From positions 4,224,001 to 4,288,000 of the forward strand of contig OZ223209.1 in assembly GCA_965140415.1 (NCBI GenBank): a DNA stretch of 64,000 bases, read 5' to 3'. A program made the translations under genes and the position numbers. This document shows, in pieces, positions 51,018 to 60,749 of this stretch. This DNA comes from Myxococcota bacterium (lineage in GTDB: Bacteria; Myxococcota_A; SURF-8). Each line of letters begins with the position of its first letter. Within the stretch, counting starts at the first letter, position 1. The notes beneath the pieces are model-generated. The model was not told the origin of the DNA. It did not search any database and saw only the letters and a list, made by a program, of their open reading frames with translations.

Positions 51018-51225
51018 GGCGGGAGCCATGATCCAACATCAGACATCCAATTGTCGGGCAGATTGGTGTCGGGCAAGACATTTGCCCTACCTACGAGACT
51101 ACATGCTGATCAACCTAAAAAATTGAGGAAAGCCTACGAATTTTACTATGCATTGCGTCATGCCCGGGGTAGACTCGCTTCCGTTGTTGTTTGAAGTTGT
51201 TTGGTCTGTTGAAAGGTGATTTGTA

Positions 51226-52455
51226 ATGACGAGAATACTGGATCTGCACGCGCATCCGAGCTTGAAAATGTATTATCTACCCTACCTGCGCGATACGTTT
51301 CATGCTGCGGTCTATGCGGGAAACCACTGGAATCCGCTGTCGTTTCGCACTCAATATCACAACCTGAAAAGCAGTCCGATCAAAATCATGCTGAACGCCC
51401 ATTACGTCATCGAGAAAGGCTTCGTCGCCCAGGGTATCAAGGCTCCGGCGCGCGCGCTCTCCTGGATGCTCGCGCCATTGTTCTATGGCAAACTGCGCAC
51501 CGCCGATCCATGGAAAACGCTGATGGGCATGATGGATACGCTGGAAAACAGCATCACCAAAACGAACCGCTGGGTCTTGCCCGGAAAGAAAAAATTCAAG
51601 CTGATCAGACGCTATAGCGAAATCGCCGATCTGCAAGATAACGAGATGGCCTTTATTCATGCCATCGAGGGCAGTCACGCGCTGGGATACGGACCCGAAA
51701 AGGACGAATCGCTGGAGCAGTTCTGGGCGAAAACCGAGCGCCGCCTAAAATATTTGAAAGAGCGCGGCGTCTGCATGATTACCCTGGCCCACTTCTGGGA
51801 TAACGTATTCGCGCCCCAGACCGACGGTACCGAGGTCATCACGAAGGAAGTAAGCGGCAAGGTGCTGCCTACCTACGACGACGTGCTGGTGCATATGAGA
51901 CGGGCGGAATGGTCCTTCGACGACCGCAACCGCCTGGCGGAACGCTTTGCCCGCAAGTTATTCGAATTGGGCATCGTCATCGATCTCGCTCACGTGCAGC
52001 CGCACGCCCGGCAGCGCATTTACGAACTGGCGGAAGAATACAATCGTCCGATTATCGCCTCGCATAACGGGCTAACTCATTTCTTCGACCACGAATACAA
52101 CCTGACCGACGCCGAAATCAAGCGCTTCCACAAACTGGGCGGCGTCATCGGCCTGATTTTGTCGCGCCGCTGGCTGGTGGACCCGATCAAGCGACACAAG
52201 GCCGATACTCCCGGCATTCCCGATTTGGTTGAAAACATGGTGTATATTCGGGATCTGGTGGGCGACGTCTCCTGCATCGGTCTTGGAACCGATTTCGACG
52301 GGCTGACCCATCCCTTTAAAGACTGCTACAAGCCCAGCCAGTTGCATCGTATCGCTGAAGCCATGAGCAAGCACTTCAGCGAGGATGAAATCGATCAGAT
52401 TCTGTATCGCAATTCCCTGCGCGCACTGGAGCGTGGCTGGACCGAACAGCGCTAG
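51226..52455 (+). CDS. Membrane dipeptidase (M19)/amidohydrolase-family protein
   Basis: DLHAH, AIEGSH, ITLAHFW, IDLAH, IASH, NLTD and IGLGTDFDG. Confidence 0.82.
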   Translation: MTRILDLHAHPSLKMYYLPYLRDTFHAAVYAGNHWNPLSFRTQYHNLKSSPIKIMLNAHYVIEKGFVAQGIKAPARALSWMLAPLFYGKLRTADPWKTLMGMMDTLENSITKTNRWVLPGKKKFKLIRRYSEIADLQDNEMAFIHAIEGSHALGYGPEKDESLEQFWAKTERRLKYLKERGVCMITLAHFWDNVFAPQTDGTEVITKEVSGKVLPTYDDVLVHMRRAEWSFDDRNRLAERFARKLFELGIVIDLAHVQPHARQRIYELAEEYNRPIIASHNGLTHFFDHEYNLTDAEIKRFHKLGGVIGLILSRRWLVDPIKRHKADTPGIPDLVENMVYIRDLVGDVSCIGLGTDFDGLTHPFKDCYKPSQLHRIAEAMSKHFSEDEIDQILYRNSLRALERGWTEQR

Positions 52456-52482
52456 TTTCCAAGTTCATATGTTTTCATGATG

Positions 52483-52509
52483 ATGGCGGGCTTTTGTCCC
52501 GCCGTTTTT
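52483..52509 (+). terminator. Hairpin terminator between convergent genes
   Basis: GGCGGG-CTTTTGT-CCCGCC followed by GTTTTT. Confidence 0.55.
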
Positions 52510-52514
52510 CATCG

Positions 52515-53237
52515 TCACCAGCGAATCCACTCTCCCTCGTTTTTGCGCACATGGCCGTTGTGCTCGATTCGCGCCAGTCTGTCGTTCTTGCCTTTACGGC
52601 TTAAATGCAAGCGCATCTCATTGCAGCCTAACGGCGTCGGCTCATGGCCCTGGCGGATTTTCCTTAATAGCAGCAAGCTACAGGCGCGCCGACGGCAGAG
52701 CCAGGAAACCGAACGCAGCGCACGCAGAAAAGCGGCACGTTGCGGGCTACGTTCCATCGGGCGATTGCCACCGGAAAGCGCCTGTTGTTCGATGACGCCT
52801 GGCGCGACGATCACCACATCCACCAATAACCTACCGAGCAGGCGAATCAACGCCATCGCCAGTTTCAGCGGCTCGGTTTCCCGCAGAATCAGGGTGGCGT
52901 CCATATCCAAAATGGGAAGCTCATCGCGCAGTTCCTCGAACTCGCCAAAGGGGTCCACCAGCACGACGACGCCGCCCTTCAGTTGCACGTCACGGGCCTG
53001 GATACAGGCGAAACGCCAGAGCTGCCGGGGCTGCTCGCTCCATAATTCCAGGCTGATGCCACGGGGAACGATCCACGGCGCGTTGCGATCCGGCTCAGAC
53101 CGACACACATTGCGCCAATGCTGCATGGCGGGAGAATTCGGATCTTCATGCAGATCCTGCTCGCAATAACGAAGCAAATCCGCCAGCATTTGCTGGGATT
53201 GTTTGGCGCTGCGAATCAAATGGTCGAATGCGGACAT
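52515..53237 (-). CDS. RecA-fold protein lacking Walker A (ImuA-like)
   Basis: PRGISLELWS, QLKGGVVVLVDP, LDMDATLIL and LVDVVIV follow the RecA/ImuA strand order with no GKT; AAGGAGG RBS. Confidence 0.6.
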   Translation of the reverse strand: MSAFDHLIRSAKQSQQMLADLLRYCEQDLHEDPNSPAMQHWRNVCRSEPDRNAPWIVPRGISLELWSEQPRQLWRFACIQARDVQLKGGVVVLVDPFGEFEELRDELPILDMDATLILRETEPLKLAMALIRLLGRLLVDVVIVAPGVIEQQALSGGNRPMERSPQRAAFLRALRSVSWLCRRRACSLLLLRKIRQGHEPTPLGCNEMRLHLSRKGKNDRLARIEHNGHVRKNEGEWIRW

Positions 53238-53558
53238 GTTTCCTCCTTGGCCAGCGATGTCGATCAACCTGGATCATGCGAAAGCCGTACCAAAGAGAAT
53301 TACATGGAATATCATGTACTTTCATATTTCCAAGTATCATCTGAATGACCGGTTTCCAGCCACTTTCCAATTTTCAAACGCTGTAAATGGTGAATCTGCG
53401 AGGAAAAGTTGGCGAGCCGGAGTCGGTTTCCGCTCGTCTTCCGGTAACCGAAGTATGAGACGATTACTCTTCCAGGTTGCCTCTGACCGTGAGGCATGAT
53501 AGATAGAATGCTTCAAAGGCTTAGGAAAAAAACACGTTTGAAATAGACAGGATGCACG

Positions 53559-56147
53559 ATGGGGAGTAAGCGCAAACCCAAGGGAATCAAACTGGGGAAG
53601 AAATCGCCGAACAAGGTCAAGCCGGGGAAGCTGCCATCCCCGGAAGAGTTGAAAAACGCCTTTACACAGGCGGTGCAGTTGCACCAGGCCGGGAAACTGG
53701 ATCAGGCCGAGCAGCAGTATAAAGCCTTGCAGGTCATGCTGCCCAATCATGACGGCTTGCTCACGCTGATGGGCATTCTGGCGTTGCAGAAGCAGAAACC
53801 GGCGCAGGCCGTGGAATATTTGCAACGCTCCCTGGAGCAGAACGCCGAGAACGCCAAAGCTTGCGATTCGCTGGGGGCGGCATATCTGATGCTGAATCAA
53901 CCGGAGCAGGCACTTTCCCATACCACACAGGCAACTCGGCTGCAACCCAACAATTCGGAGTATCGCTTTAATCTGGCGGTGATCTTGAAAAAGCTGGAAC
54001 GCACGGAAGAAGCCGTCAAGCAATACCAGAAAGCGATTCGACTGCAACCGAAGGCGGCGAATGCGCGCACCAATCTGGGAGCGATATACTGTGAACGCGC
54101 AGAATGGGACGAGGCCAAGGAGCAATTGAAAGCGGCTTTGGAGATTCGTGCGGATCTGATTCCCGCCCGCTTGAATCTGGCGCGAGCCTATTTCGCTACC
54201 GACGAGTTGGATTTGGCCAGTGAAGAATTCGAAAAGGTGCTGACAGCACAACCTGAAAATCCGGATGCCTTACTTGGGCTGGGTCGACTGGCGCATGGGC
54301 GCGGCGATCACGAACTGGCGCTGTCGTATTACAATCGGGTCGAACAACTCGCCCCCGAACATCCTCACGTTCACGGCGACCGGGCGCGAACCTTGCTCGA
54401 ATTGAATCGACTGGATGAGGCGTTGCAGGACAGCGAACGGGCGCTTGCACGAAGTCCCGAAACGGCGTTATTGCAATTGACGCATGGGGCCATCGAATTG
54501 CGCCTGGCGCATTACGGGCGCTCGTTGGAGCACGTGCAGAAAGCGCTAGAGTTGAATAACGGCCTGGCGCGGGCCTGGTGGCTGTCGGCTTTTGCGATGG
54601 TAAAACTGGGCCACTACGAAGAAGCACTGCCTGCATATAAACAGGCATTGAAACTGGATGAAGAGTCGGGGCCGCTGCATCAGGAGTTTGCCGAGTTCTT
54701 GATGCAGGACATCAATAAACACGAGCAGGCCGTTCAACATCTGGAGCGGGCCATGCAACTTGGTGTACCTAAGATGCTGGCGCTTCAAAGCAAGCTTGCC
54801 GAAGCACAGGCGTATCTGTGCGACTGGGATGCATTCGAGAATAGTTGCGACACACTGATTCCGGCGATGGAAGCCAAGCTCGATGCGGGTGAACCGTTAG
54901 GTGTGGCCCTATTGGTGGCGATGGGATTTCCCATCTCTGCGGGGTTATTGCATCGTCTGGCAAAGAGCGAGGCGAGAAGCATCGACAAGCGCCGCACCGC
55001 GCCGCGTTTCACTGCGGTGAAGCATTCGCATTCACGCCTGCGCATCGGGTATGTCTCTCCCGATTTCTCCTCGCATGCACTGGGTTTTCTGTTACAGGAT
55101 CTCTTCAGCCATCACGACCGGGAAAAATTCGAAATCAGCGCGTATTCACTGCGCAAGCGCTCCGACACGTTCCGGGCGACGATTGAAGGCAGCGTGGATC
55201 ACTTCATCGATCTTACCGAGTTGTCGGATCTGGATGCCGCCCGGCGCATTCATGCGGACGAAATCGATATTCTGATCGATCTGGCGGGCTACACCTCCGG
55301 CTGTCGTCCGGGCATCTTCAGCTATCATCCGGGGGCGATTCAATGCGCCATGCTCGGCTATCCGGGCACACTGGGATCGAGCGCGATGGAGTACGTCGTT
55401 ACGCATTCTCTTGCAGTACCAGAAGAATTACGCGAGCACTACAGCGAGAAGATCGTCGCGTTGCCCGAAACTTTGTTTGCCACAAAAGGCTTTACCATAC
55501 CGGAACAACCGCCCCGGCGCAGCGACTACGGTCTGCCGGATAGCGGCGTGGTGTTCTGCTGCTTCAACAATACCTATCGCATTACGCGCGAAGTCTTTTC
55601 GGTGTGGATGGAGATCCTGAAGCAAACACCGGAGAGCGTGCTGTGGCTGAACGTGCGCAACGAAGCCACGCGCAAACGCCTGCTTCTTGCAGCCAAAGAG
55701 CAAGGCGTCAAAAAGGACCGCCTCGTCTTTGCCAACTTCAAAAACATGAGCGACAACTGGCCACACCGCCTGGCGGATCTGTGGCTGGACACTTTCGTGC
55801 TCTCCGCAGGAACGGCGACATTCCTGGCCGCCTGGGCCGGGTTGCCGGTATTGACACTGGCCGGAAACACGCCGCAATCGCGTACCGGCGCTAGCCTGGT
55901 TTCGGCCTGCGGGCTGGACGATCTGGTGGTGGATAGCATCGAGGCGTATCGGCAGCGAGCCATCGAACTGGGAACGCAGCCGCAGGCACTGCATCAATAC
56001 AAAGCGCAGCTATTGGAGCGACGGGAGCAGTTGCCGCTGTTCGATCCGCTGCGATACATCAAGCACCTGGAAGCCGCATTCCGACAGATGAACGAGCAGT
56101 TTCTTTCCGGTGAACCTGTGACGGATATTGATGTGAAAGCGGTTTAA
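53559..56147 (+). CDS. TPR-containing O-GlcNAc transferase/SPINDLY-like glycosyltransferase (GT41)
   Basis: Multiple N-terminal TPRs, then RLRIGYVSPDF..H, IDILIDLAGYT, LGYPGT, FCCFNN and ADLWLDT. Confidence 0.9.
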   Translation: MGSKRKPKGIKLGKKSPNKVKPGKLPSPEELKNAFTQAVQLHQAGKLDQAEQQYKALQVMLPNHDGLLTLMGILALQKQKPAQAVEYLQRSLEQNAENAKACDSLGAAYLMLNQPEQALSHTTQATRLQPNNSEYRFNLAVILKKLERTEEAVKQYQKAIRLQPKAANARTNLGAIYCERAEWDEAKEQLKAALEIRADLIPARLNLARAYFATDELDLASEEFEKVLTAQPENPDALLGLGRLAHGRGDHELALSYYNRVEQLAPEHPHVHGDRARTLLELNRLDEALQDSERALARSPETALLQLTHGAIELRLAHYGRSLEHVQKALELNNGLARAWWLSAFAMVKLGHYEEALPAYKQALKLDEESGPLHQEFAEFLMQDINKHEQAVQHLERAMQLGVPKMLALQSKLAEAQAYLCDWDAFENSCDTLIPAMEAKLDAGEPLGVALLVAMGFPISAGLLHRLAKSEARSIDKRRTAPRFTAVKHSHSRLRIGYVSPDFSSHALGFLLQDLFSHHDREKFEISAYSLRKRSDTFRATIEGSVDHFIDLTELSDLDAARRIHADEIDILIDLAGYTSGCRPGIFSYHPGAIQCAMLGYPGTLGSSAMEYVVTHSLAVPEELREHYSEKIVALPETLFATKGFTIPEQPPRRSDYGLPDSGVVFCCFNNTYRITREVFSVWMEILKQTPESVLWLNVRNEATRKRLLLAAKEQGVKKDRLVFANFKNMSDNWPHRLADLWLDTFVLSAGTATFLAAWAGLPVLTLAGNTPQSRTGASLVSACGLDDLVVDSIEAYRQRAIELGTQPQALHQYKAQLLERREQLPLFDPLRYIKHLEAAFRQMNEQFLSGEPVTDIDVKAV

Positions 56148-56562
56148 ATCTCGTAGATGAAATAATGGGTTGACCATTATAAGGGTGGCACGTGGCCAAG
56201 CGAAGTGAAACGGAGCTTGCCCGTGTTCTTGTTTTGATACATGGGCAACCTGCGGTTAGCCCATGCCACCCGGTCGTGAAAGCGATTTAATTCTCGTAGA
56301 TGAAATGATGGGTTGACCATTGTAAGGGTGGTACGTGGCCAAGCGAAGTGAAACGGAGCTTGCCCGTGTTCTTGTTTTGATACATGGGCAACCTGCGGTT
56401 AGCCCATGCCACCCGGTCGTGAAAGCGATTTAAATCTCGTAGATGAAATAATGGGTTGACCATTATAAGGGTGGCATGTGGCCAAGCGGAGAGAAACGGA
56501 GCTTGCCCGTGTTCTTGTTTTGACACATGGGCAACCTGCGGTTAGCCCATGCCACCCGGTCG
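56133..56562. repeat. 3 x 143-bp tandem repeat, each unit carrying an inverted REP-like pair (BIME/REPIN-like)
   Basis: Near-identical units start at 56133, 56276 and 56419. Each has GGGTGGCAYG...CATGCCACCC outer arms and a CATGGGCAACC-TGC-GGTTAGCCCATG hairpin. Confidence 0.92.
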
Positions 56563-56645
56563 ACCTATCCTGTTCCCAATTTTAATTCATTTGCATGATC
56601 ATATGATACCCCTATGATGCTGTTTGAAAAAACTCTGCATCTCAT

Positions 56646-56799
56646 AAAAGAAAGGAGCGGCAGCCTCAGGAGGGTGAGACTGCCGCCAGGGGAAAGGGGA
56701 TGAGAAAAAAGGATGCTATCCACTTGGGGATCGAGTCCCCTATGCGACGACGGACCAGGGATTGGGGAGTAGGTGTGCTTGGTCGCAGTGCCGTCGCAT
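56646..56799. ncRNA. Candidate structured small RNA / 3' UTR element
   Basis: Four consecutive hairpins. Minus strand: C-rich loops (CCCTCC, CTCCCC) and a terminal U tract. Plus strand: nine GGA motifs. Confidence 0.4.
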
Positions 56800-56837
56800 T
56801 TCAAAAAACATATGTGTTTTCAAGGTTCAAAGTTACT

Positions 56838-58571
56838 TTAAAAGAGGTGCTCGAAACGATGTTCGTTGCCTCCTTCAGTAGATACAACCAATAGCTCCTC
56901 GCGCTTATTCCCGAAGTTGAACAAAAGATGCGAGGTTTCGCCGTTTTTGTCTTTCATTAAGTGTAACTGACTGGCATCACCCTTGAATTCGGCCTGCTCT
57001 TCCGTCAGATCGCCAGACAGTGACAAGGTATGATAAGTCTGCTCGTCCTCATCCGAATCGTAATCGCCCAGCAGATACAACGTTGCCGAGTGGTCATCGA
57101 CCACGTAATCTTCAAAGTATTCGGTAAGTTGCAGCACATTGGCGTTCAAGTCGGATTTCATCAGTTCGCCAAGATCCACCGTCGTCAAGTCGCGACCACC
57201 CAGATTCAGCGCGATCACCAAAGGCGAGTCGCCGTCTACAAAGGCGAAATCATTGGGAATAAAGCCCAGATCGGCCTGCTGCACGTTCTTTTCGCCGAAG
57301 ACATCCAAGTCGGCCAGCGTTACCAGCATCAGGCTGCTATCGCCGTATAGGGCAACGATTTCCGTGTCGTCGATTTCCATCGGTCGAATCAGGCTGGCTC
57401 CATCCGGCAGCGCCAGTGTTTGAATGTTAGCGCTGCTCAACTGCACGCTGGCTGCCAGATCATCTCCGGAAACTGCGAAAACATAGAGCTCGTCATGATC
57501 CAGGTACGGGTGCATGTCGGTTAGAACAAAGGGCAGACCCAACTTGTTGATGTTGTATTCCAGGGCTTCTTCCGTTTTATTCCAATGCATCGAAATGCTG
57601 ATCAGGTCGCGGCTACTGCTCAAGCGCACAAACAGCGTTTCCCGATCGTCTATGCCGTCTGTAGCGAAATCTTCCAGATTCGCCGAACTCGCCAGGCTCA
57701 CCGGGTTCAAGTTCTCGCTTTCATTGACGGATAAGGGAATGACATCCGCCTGGGCATCCGCGCCCGCTTCCGGATCGAGTAACCACATACGCGAAGAACC
57801 GAAGGCCACAAGCCGCTCGATCGTCGCCGCATCGGAATCGTTGCAGCTATCGCCGCTCTGACAGATCGCGAATGGACCGGTGAAATGGATGGAACGAATG
57901 GTCTGATCGTTTTTCTTCAGCGAAGCAAAGGCATGTTCGCCGCTTTCCCGATCCAATAGCAGAATCGCGTTGGGATTGGATACGACCGACTGCTGCGATT
58001 TGAAGCCATAGTAATGCGCGTTGATGTTGATGGTCGCGGTCGGCGAGCCATACTGCCAGGGCTTATAGGTGTTGGTATAGGCATAGTCCGAGCCGTAGTA
58101 TTCATTATAGTAATAGTCGTCGTAGTAGTAATCGCTCTGCCATTCGCCGGAACCTTGATAGGCGGCCATCCAGCGCCCGTCTGCGGAAAAGGCGAAGCTG
58201 TTGAATTCAAGGGGCAGTTGCGGAATGGTCCACTCGATGCGCCCGGTATCGTCGCTGAGGATGTAGTAGGTTTGTGTGTCTTCAGACACGAAAATAAGGT
58301 GGCTGTTGTCGATGAAACTCGCCACGAAACGCCAGCTCGGATTGTCTTCATCCGTTTCGGTCGACAACTCGAATCGAGCAACATTGTTCTTCTGCACATC
58401 GACAACCACGACTTTTCCACTTAGCTGATCCAGGTAAAAGGCGTGTTGATCAAGCACGATTGGACCAACCCAGTCGCTGTCCGAACTCGGGCAGGCGGTG
58501 AGCAATGGAATCAAGGCTGCAAGCGTCAGTATCATCAAAATGCGGGAAATCCAGGTTTTCCGGCTTGTCAT
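56838..58571 (-). CDS. Beta-propeller-like lipoprotein
   Basis: Lipobox LLTAC; repeated strand motifs such as FAFSADGRWMAAY; AGGAG RBS. Confidence 0.7.
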   Translation of the reverse strand: MTSRKTWISRILMILTLAALIPLLTACPSSDSDWVGPIVLDQHAFYLDQLSGKVVVVDVQKNNVARFELSTETDEDNPSWRFVASFIDNSHLIFVSEDTQTYYILSDDTGRIEWTIPQLPLEFNSFAFSADGRWMAAYQGSGEWQSDYYYDDYYYNEYYGSDYAYTNTYKPWQYGSPTATININAHYYGFKSQQSVVSNPNAILLLDRESGEHAFASLKKNDQTIRSIHFTGPFAICQSGDSCNDSDAATIERLVAFGSSRMWLLDPEAGADAQADVIPLSVNESENLNPVSLASSANLEDFATDGIDDRETLFVRLSSSRDLISISMHWNKTEEALEYNINKLGLPFVLTDMHPYLDHDELYVFAVSGDDLAASVQLSSANIQTLALPDGASLIRPMEIDDTEIVALYGDSSLMLVTLADLDVFGEKNVQQADLGFIPNDFAFVDGDSPLVIALNLGGRDLTTVDLGELMKSDLNANVLQLTEYFEDYVVDDHSATLYLLGDYDSDEDEQTYHTLSLSGDLTEEQAEFKGDASQLHLMKDKNGETSHLLFNFGNKREELLVVSTEGGNEHRFEHLF

Positions 58572-58583
58572 TATTGGCTCCTT

Positions 58584-60239
58584 CTAGTCGATCCGACCGT
58601 TAAGTTCAAACCCGGTGATGGTGCTGGGGCTGTCATCGTCTGCGCTTAAAAACGTGATGCGTCCATCCGGGTGATCTTGAGACACGTACACCATACCCGT
58701 AGCAGGAATCACACCCAAGCCGGTTGGCGTGGAGCCGAGCGACAACTCGCTGATTAGCGTTCCGCTGGGAGGAGTCAGATCCAGAATATTGATTTTACGC
58801 ACCTGTGCTTCATCGGTGACCAGCACGTAGCCCTTCTTCCCGTCAGGGGTGAAGGTAAAAGCCCCCGGATCGGCTTCGGTAAGTTGCAGTACCTGCACCA
58901 GGCTGCTTAAATGCAGCACCGTGTAGCCGTAGGATTGATCGATCAGTTCGTAATAATCGTTGCTGCCGCTACCCGCCTTTTTGGTATGGAAAATCAGCGC
59001 GACCTGCTCTCCGTCCGTCTGACGGGTGGCGAAAGTCACCGAGGCCACGCCTTTTTGTAGAATATGCTTGGTAAAGACGTTTCCAGTCATATCGTAGCTG
59101 TAAATCTCTTCTTTTTCCGTGCCGGTGCTGTAAAGCAGCAGGGTTTCGCCATCAGCGGAAACGCTTAGCAGACCGCTGTGCTCGGGCAGATCCAACCAGG
59201 TGATGCTGGTTTCATCTGCAAATCCGCCCGGAATGGGAATGCGTGCGACCTGACCTTCCGAACGCAAGGTCACCAAGGCTTCGGAGCCATCGGGCAGTAA
59301 ATCCAGATCGGTGGGGGCACTGGGAAGCGTGAGCACCTGCCGCTCGTGCGTTGCCAGATTGACGGCGGTCAGCGTCGCCTGATCGAAGCGACGTACCAAG
59401 GCGTAGGCGCCATCCGCCGTGATTTTCACCTCGCGGTCCACCGGATCGCCCTGCACGTCTTCAAGCTGGATATTGGGTGTGACGGCGACTTCGGCGCTAT
59501 CGGAGAAATCCAGCATCGTGATACCGGCATCGGTCACGACGTAAGCCCGTTGGCCGTCCGGGCTCCAATGCACCATGACCGGGTTCAAGCCTACCGTAAA
59601 ATGAGAAATGGGGTCGTCCAGTTCGCTCAGATTCTCCGCATCGCTCAAGTCCACTACGCCGATATCCTGCAAACTGCCCAGGCCGTCCACGCTTAAATTC
59701 GCCGTAGTGCTGTTGAAGTAGACGATGGCCCGGTTGCCGCTTGGGGCGGGTGAAATGCTGTTGTAGCCGGTCTGGTGGCGACGATCCAAGGGCCAACTGA
59801 CGGCTTCGGCGGCGTTTTGCGTAACCAGCGCCAGCTTATCGGTGCCTTTGTCGATGACCAGGGCGACATCCTGCCCCGGCAGCGTGGCGACGACCGCAGG
59901 CTGCTGGCCGACCTGAATCGAGCGAATGGCGCGGGTTTCACCGTGAATCATCACCAGCGTACCCGCTTCCCGGTTCAGGATGTAAAGGTAATCCTTGCCG
60001 ATCACCGGCAGGCTCATGGTCTCTTCGTCTTCCATTTCGGGAGAGTTCGGGTCGATGTAGTCCCCGTCGGTAGCGTCGCCATCGACCCAATACGCATCAC
60101 CATCCGTCATCATATCGTTGGAGGCACTGTCGGATTCGCCCGCCATGCCGCTACAGGCTGTCACTAACAGCAGGCTCAGTCCCAATAGGAACAGAGCGGC
60201 TTGATTGGCCCGCAATGGTTGAATTTTCCATACCCTCAT
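58584..60239 (-). CDS. YncE/YVTN-like beta-propeller lipoprotein
   Basis: Lipobox LVTAC and DGD linker; repeats IQVGQQP, TVGLNP..WSPDGQRAYV and FTPDGKKGYV. Confidence 0.78.
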   Translation of the reverse strand: MRVWKIQPLRANQAALFLLGLSLLLVTACSGMAGESDSASNDMMTDGDAYWVDGDATDGDYIDPNSPEMEDEETMSLPVIGKDYLYILNREAGTLVMIHGETRAIRSIQVGQQPAVVATLPGQDVALVIDKGTDKLALVTQNAAEAVSWPLDRRHQTGYNSISPAPSGNRAIVYFNSTTANLSVDGLGSLQDIGVVDLSDAENLSELDDPISHFTVGLNPVMVHWSPDGQRAYVVTDAGITMLDFSDSAEVAVTPNIQLEDVQGDPVDREVKITADGAYALVRRFDQATLTAVNLATHERQVLTLPSAPTDLDLLPDGSEALVTLRSEGQVARIPIPGGFADETSITWLDLPEHSGLLSVSADGETLLLYSTGTEKEEIYSYDMTGNVFTKHILQKGVASVTFATRQTDGEQVALIFHTKKAGSGSNDYYELIDQSYGYTVLHLSSLVQVLQLTEADPGAFTFTPDGKKGYVLVTDEAQVRKINILDLTPPSGTLISELSLGSTPTGLGVIPATGMVYVSQDHPDGRITFLSADDDSPSTITGFELNGRID

Positions 60240-60281
60240 CGTTTGTCTCCTGTTCGTAATCATACGATTGCCCCCCAATCT

Positions 60282-60297
60282 AGCAAAACTTGGGCCA
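60282..60297 (-). promoter_or_regulatory. sigma-54 promoter for the lipoprotein pair
   Basis: Minus strand TGGCCC-AAGTT-TTGCT (GG-N10-GC), about 40 bp upstream of the start codon. Confidence 0.65.
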
Positions 60298-60455
60298 GAC
60301 TGCATTTTATTCTGATAACGCCAATTATATCATACAGATGCGCATGATGCGAAGTGGAATACTACAGACAGAGAAAGGAGACTGTCAGCCTGGATTGTCA
60401 TACTTGCCACAGAGGGTATGACAACATTGTCCGAATTGGAGGTAAAAACGGGAAA

Positions 60456-60749
60456 TCAGGCGAGAATATCCAGTAGCGCTTCGGTCTGTTCGTCTTCCTG
60501 CTTGATCACGGCCAGATTGGCATTAAAGCCGTGCTCCACTTCGATCAGGTTGACGACTTCGCGCGAAAGGTCTACGCGATCCACACTTTGTTGGGTGGCT
60601 CGCACACCGCCATCGGGTAATTCGCTCATGCTGACTTGCTGGGAGGAAGCGTCGGGGTTGTTTAGATTGGCCAGATTGTGCGCGGTCGCGCGTAGTTTCT
60701 GTCCGAAAGCCTGCAATGCACTGGATGCAATCCCTTGAATGCGTGACAT
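60456..60749 (-). CDS. Small flagellar basal-body rod-domain protein (FlgB/FlgC-type N and C motifs)
   Basis: ATAHNLANLN N-motif and VDLSREVVNLI...FNANLAVIK...LLDILA C-motif. Confidence 0.8.
   Translation of the reverse strand: MSRIQGIASSALQAFGQKLRATAHNLANLNNPDASSQQVSMSELPDGGVRATQQSVDRVDLSREVVNLIEVEHGFNANLAVIKQEDEQTEALLDILA

Noticed and set aside
56133-56562. Possible CRISPR array
   Set aside because: Whole 143-bp units are repeated with no unique spacers, and no cas genes are in the window.
60456-60749. Flagellar gene cluster
   Set aside because: Only a single small rod-domain ORF with no neighbouring flagellar genes.
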